A stretch of DNA of 64,000 bases, taken from assembly GCA_965207065.1 (NCBI GenBank), contig OZ242260.1:736001-800000 (forward strand). Reading direction: 5' to 3'. The position numbers were made by a program, and so were the translations under genes. Below, piece after piece: positions 60,462 to 64,000 of the stretch (within the stretch, counting starts at the first letter, position 1; the number at the start of each line of letters is the position of its first letter). Origin of the DNA: a bacterium (lineage in GTDB: Bacteria > UBA8248). A model generated the notes under the pieces. The model saw nothing but the letters and a program-made list of their open reading frames with translations, made no database searches and was not told the origin of the DNA.

Positions 60462-62406
60462 TGTTTTTCACCGGATTGGCGGCCAGGATTTCGTTCTGCT
60501 CCGAGCTGACGGCCGAGACGTCAGGAGTTCCTTCCTTCCGTCTGAATGCGGACAGCAACCGGTGGACCAGGTCCGCCAGTCCCCCCGGCAAGAACATCAT
60601 GAACGCGACCAGAAGCAGTCCGAAGATCAGGATTCGGTACTCCGCAAGCGTACGCAGCATTTCCGGAACCCCAAGGACGAAGAACGCCCCGATAACGGCT
60701 CCGGCGAAACTGCCAAGACCGCCAATCACGACCATCGTAAGGAATGCGATCGACTGCAGTATAGTGAAGGAATCCGGACTGATATAGGAGAAGAAGTGAG
60801 CATACAGAGAACCTGCAATCCCGGCGCAACCGGCGGCGATGCAGAAGGAGAGCGTCCGGTACCAGGCAACATTCACTCCCATGGAGATTGCAGCCAGTTC
60901 ATTCTCACGGGCCGCGACCAAACCACGGCCATAGCGTGACCTTATCAGGCGCTGCAGCGCTACGAAGACGACCACCAGGACGGCTATCGTCAGGAAATAG
61001 AAAGGTGCGCCTTCCCCGAACACAAAGGAGCCGATGGACGGTTTTCGAATGCCGCTGATGCCCGACATCCCGTTTGTTACGGCCTTCCAGTTGATGAACA
61101 CGAGATGCATAATCTCGCCAAAACCCAGGGTTGCGATGGCGCAGAAATGAGTCGGCAGCCTCAAAATTGGTCCGAACAGCAAGGCGAATACTGCAGCGAC
61201 AATCGCAGCCGCAATCATTGCGGGGAGGAACGGAACGCCTAAGTATACGGTCAAAATCGCCGAAGTGTAGGCGCCAATTCCCAGGAACGCCGCATGACCG
61301 ACGATAATCGCACCGGCGTATCCGATCACGAGCTGCAATCCGAGGGCGCCCGTGGCATAGATCAGGATGAGGGTAACGAGGTAGACCTCATATGTATCGA
61401 GGAGCAACGGCAGCAGGAAGGCGAGGACACCGAGCGCGGCGCTCATGGCGTACCTGAGACGGGCGGCTTGCTTGTCGTTCAACTCGAACAAGTCCGCTAT
61501 GGATTGTCGTCCGTACCGGAACACCAGGCTCCCGCCACGCGGCATACGAGGAATCGCCACGAGCATCAGCACGATGATGGTGACCCCAAAAGCAATCCCG
61601 TTCTTGTAAGCGGATGAAATATAACCCGCGGCGAAAGTCTCCAGCAGGCCGAGAATGGGACCGCCAATCATCGTACCGAGTATGTGAAACTGCCCCAGCG
61701 CCGCACCGGCGAATGATCGAGGTCCCTGCAGCCAAAGGTCCTGCGCGACAAAAAACAATGGTGCGATGAGGACGCCAGCAGCGCCTGCCAACATGGAACT
61801 GATACCGAAAGTCATCGTGACGACGCGATCGAAACTTACACCCAGAATTTCCGCCGTGTATGAGTCATACGCCGACGCCCGCCACGCGATGCCGGGAAGC
61901 GTTCGCTCAAAGAAGTAATGCAGACCGAGCATTGAAAGGATGGCAAGGGCGATAATCCAGATATGCTGAATGCTCATCGGCAGCCCGGCCACGACAAGAT
62001 GGCCTACCTGGCCGACGGATACCGGGTAACGCAGCGGCGCGGCCCCCCATATCAGCTGCGAGACCAGCCGAAGGCATATCCCAATCCCGATTGTTGCGAT
62101 TATCAAATTCAAGAGCGGCGATTGCCGCATTCGAATCGGGCGCAGGGCTACGCGCTCGATCAGCATGCCCAGAATGCCCGTCAGGATGCTCGCTACGATG
62201 AATACGGCCAGATAAGGCAGCGGTGTTACCACCAGGAGGGTATATCCGATGAAGGCGCCTGACATCACGAGTTCGCCCTGTGCGAAGTTGACGAGCTCGG
62301 TGGCCCGCAACATCATCGTGAAGCCAAGAGCGATCAGGGCGTAAACGCAGCCGACCGCCAGCCCGCCGACAACCTGCTGCGTGACGATATGTAAATCTAT
62401 CCCCAT
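60448..62406 (-). CDS. Fused LivH-LivM ABC permease
   Basis: 652 aa; N-half YALIALGF..VNFAQG (LivH), C-half GYAG...GHAAF, SRYGRGLVAARENE, MVVIGGLG (LivM). Confidence 0.88.
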   Translation of the reverse strand: MGIDLHIVTQQVVGGLAVGCVYALIALGFTMMLRATELVNFAQGELVMSGAFIGYTLLVVTPLPYLAVFIVASILTGILGMLIERVALRPIRMRQSPLLNLIIATIGIGICLRLVSQLIWGAAPLRYPVSVGQVGHLVVAGLPMSIQHIWIIALAILSMLGLHYFFERTLPGIAWRASAYDSYTAEILGVSFDRVVTMTFGISSMLAGAAGVLIAPLFFVAQDLWLQGPRSFAGAALGQFHILGTMIGGPILGLLETFAAGYISSAYKNGIAFGVTIIVLMLVAIPRMPRGGSLVFRYGRQSIADLFELNDKQAARLRYAMSAALGVLAFLLPLLLDTYEVYLVTLILIYATGALGLQLVIGYAGAIIVGHAAFLGIGAYTSAILTVYLGVPFLPAMIAAAIVAAVFALLFGPILRLPTHFCAIATLGFGEIMHLVFINWKAVTNGMSGISGIRKPSIGSFVFGEGAPFYFLTIAVLVVVFVALQRLIRSRYGRGLVAARENELAAISMGVNVAWYRTLSFCIAAGCAGIAGSLYAHFFSYISPDSFTILQSIAFLTMVVIGGLGSFAGAVIGAFFVLGVPEMLRTLAEYRILIFGLLLVAFMMFLPGGLADLVHRLLSAFRRKEGTPDVSAVSSEQNEILAANPVKNNVSS

Positions 62407-62429
62407 TTCACCGTTCCGCGTCGTTCGTA

Positions 62430-62643
62430 TTGACCCCGCATCGCCCGGGCAACCTTCAGTTCCTTATTGACCATATCCGAATTTCACAGCCGCCGGGATG
62501 GGGTTTCCGCCGCGGCGGGTTTTCATTGCAGGCCATCTGTCAAGGCGGAGATTTTTGGGGAACAGGTTGCTCGGCGCGGCAACCCCGCCATTTGGAACAC
62601 AATGCATCACCCGTGACTGACTACCTCCACGCCGATCTTCAAG
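62430..62643 (-). mobile_element. Degenerate 3' fragment of an IS1380-family transposase
   Basis: Minus strand reads LKIGVEVVSHG*CIVFQMA / VAAPSNLFPKNLRL / DGLQ*KPAAA, matching the IS1380 C-terminal pattern KIGAKVVxHGRYxxFQxAEVAVPRxLF as I recall it. Confidence 0.65.
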
Positions 62644-62684
62644 CGATGGGGCCATCTACCCTCGAGTCGCCGGCCCGAAAACCA

Positions 62685-62724
62685 CTCACGGCAGTCCGGT
62701 TGCAGGCAACCGGACTGCCGTGAG
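62685..62724 (-). terminator. Perfect 19-bp inverted repeat after the binding-protein gene
   Basis: CTCACGGCAGTCCGGTTGC-AG-GCAACCGGACTGCCGTGAG, 13 nt past the stop of the 62738 gene. Confidence 0.7.
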
Positions 62725-62737
62725 CTGGAAATAGACG

Positions 62738-63922
62738 CTATCGACCGAGAGAACGCCAAAACTCTCCATCGGCATTGCCGCTATCGACAATTTCCCCGAT
62801 GATCGGAGCCCAGTCGCCGTCTCCGTTTTTAGAAAAATAGACGTTGCCCAGGATACCGCTGTAGCTGTTCTTCGCGCTGGTGAGATTGCGCGTGAACGCG
62901 CCTATCTGTTTGCTGTCGGGAACGTAGCCGTTGGCCTTGACAGCCTCGAATACGATGCCTACCGCGTCATAGAACTCGCCGGCCCAGGGGTCGGGACGTT
63001 CATTGAATTTCGCGATGTAGGCCTTCATGAAGGGCGCCAGACGCTTGTCGGCGCTTACGGGGATGAAGGTCGTGGCGAACACCATACCCTCTACGTGCTT
63101 GCCGCCGAGTTCCACGAACTTCGGATTCCCGCCGATGGTATCGCCACCGAGAAGCCGAACCTTCATGCCGAGTTCTTTCACCTGGCGGGCAATGATGGCC
63201 TGCTCCTGGAATCCCGTCGCCATGATGACCGCATCCGCGCCCGCGGCCTTGATGCGGCCGAGTTGGCCCGTGAAGTCCTTGTCGCCGCGCGCATATTCCT
63301 GTTTCGCCGCGGGCTTGAGCCCAAGCGATTTCAATACAGCGGCGGTACTGGCGGAAAAGGATTTACCGACCTCCTCATTGGACGAGAGGATGGCGATCTT
63401 TTTCAGACCAAGATTCTTAACGGCGTAATTGACGGTTGCGATATTCAGGCCCTTGGTCGGAATGGCAACCCGGAAGATCCACTTGGAACCCTGCTGGGTG
63501 ATAGGCCCCGCAACACTCGTCGTGTATTGCGGAATTTTCGCCGCTGCGGTGATCGGAACGATGGCGAGCGTACAGGTGCTTTGCCAAGCGCCGAGGAGCG
63601 CATGAATCTTGTCGCGCGCGATCAGCTTGCGTGCCGCCGAGACCGAGACGTCGCATTTGGATTCGTCATCCTCGGCGATGATCTCGATCTTGACCTTGTC
63701 CTGCATCTTGTTCAGTTCTTCGGCCTTCAGTTGAGCCCCCTTTAGCTGGAATTGACCACCGAACGCAAGATCGCCGGTAAGAGGGCCGAGCACGCCCAGC
63801 CGCAATACTTTCGCAGCCTCGGCGCGACCGCCGAAGGGCGTGAAAACCAAGACTGCCAGAGTGAATACTAGAACTGTTGCGGAAATTTGAATCTGACGCT
63901 GGATAGGGATTGTGTAGCGCAT
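62738..63922 (-). CDS. ABC substrate-binding protein (LivJ/K family)
   Basis: 394 aa; signal peptide ending AEA, LGVLGPLTG, EDDES, DKDFTGQL; AGGAGG RBS. Confidence 0.9.
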   Translation of the reverse strand: MRYTIPIQRQIQISATVLVFTLAVLVFTPFGGRAEAAKVLRLGVLGPLTGDLAFGGQFQLKGAQLKAEELNKMQDKVKIEIIAEDDESKCDVSVSAARKLIARDKIHALLGAWQSTCTLAIVPITAAAKIPQYTTSVAGPITQQGSKWIFRVAIPTKGLNIATVNYAVKNLGLKKIAILSSNEEVGKSFSASTAAVLKSLGLKPAAKQEYARGDKDFTGQLGRIKAAGADAVIMATGFQEQAIIARQVKELGMKVRLLGGDTIGGNPKFVELGGKHVEGMVFATTFIPVSADKRLAPFMKAYIAKFNERPDPWAGEFYDAVGIVFEAVKANGYVPDSKQIGAFTRNLTSAKNSYSGILGNVYFSKNGDGDWAPIIGEIVDSGNADGEFWRSLGR

Positions 63923-64000
63923 CTTGAACCTCCTTTGAAAAGAGATTGACTAGCGCGTATGAAACCTTCGTATTTCTATATGATGGCAGGAATGATTTGA

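Overview
GC-rich bacterial chromosome segment (about 60-65% GC by eye; no marker gene here fixes the taxon). Most of it is catabolic and transport genes: DMT transporters, acyl-CoA dehydrogenase-fold enzymes, a CoA ligase, a TPP decarboxylase, SDRs, an LLM monooxygenase, an amidohydrolase, an orphan Mo-hydroxylase subunit, two Liv-type ABC importers and tRNA-Phe(GAA). Six things stand out. (1) A lower-GC, tightly coupled five-gene operon at 43184-48279 (- strand): C5 DNA methyltransferase, GHKL-type ATPase, unknown 288-aa protein, DUF6339-like protein and Vsr. It has no recognisable restriction endonuclease and is the best candidate for an undescribed methylation-linked defence system. (2) An OsmC-like gene split by an in-frame TGA at the catalytic Cys position, with a SECIS-like hairpin: probable selenoprotein, 50504-51067. 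(3) A 170-190 bp non-coding repeat in three dispersed copies, built of motifs phased at 10 and 21 bp. (4) A 13-kb tandem array of MMPL/RND transporter and DUF2236/MpaB-type oxygenase genes with intact, nonsense and internally deleted copies. (5) A single-chain triple-Rid protein beside its own ABC importer. (6) A decayed patch at 53.7-57.2 kb (AbiE-type TA and phosphoesterase remnants) around an intact DAK2-DegV fusion. All family calls come from motif recognition by eye; no searches were run.
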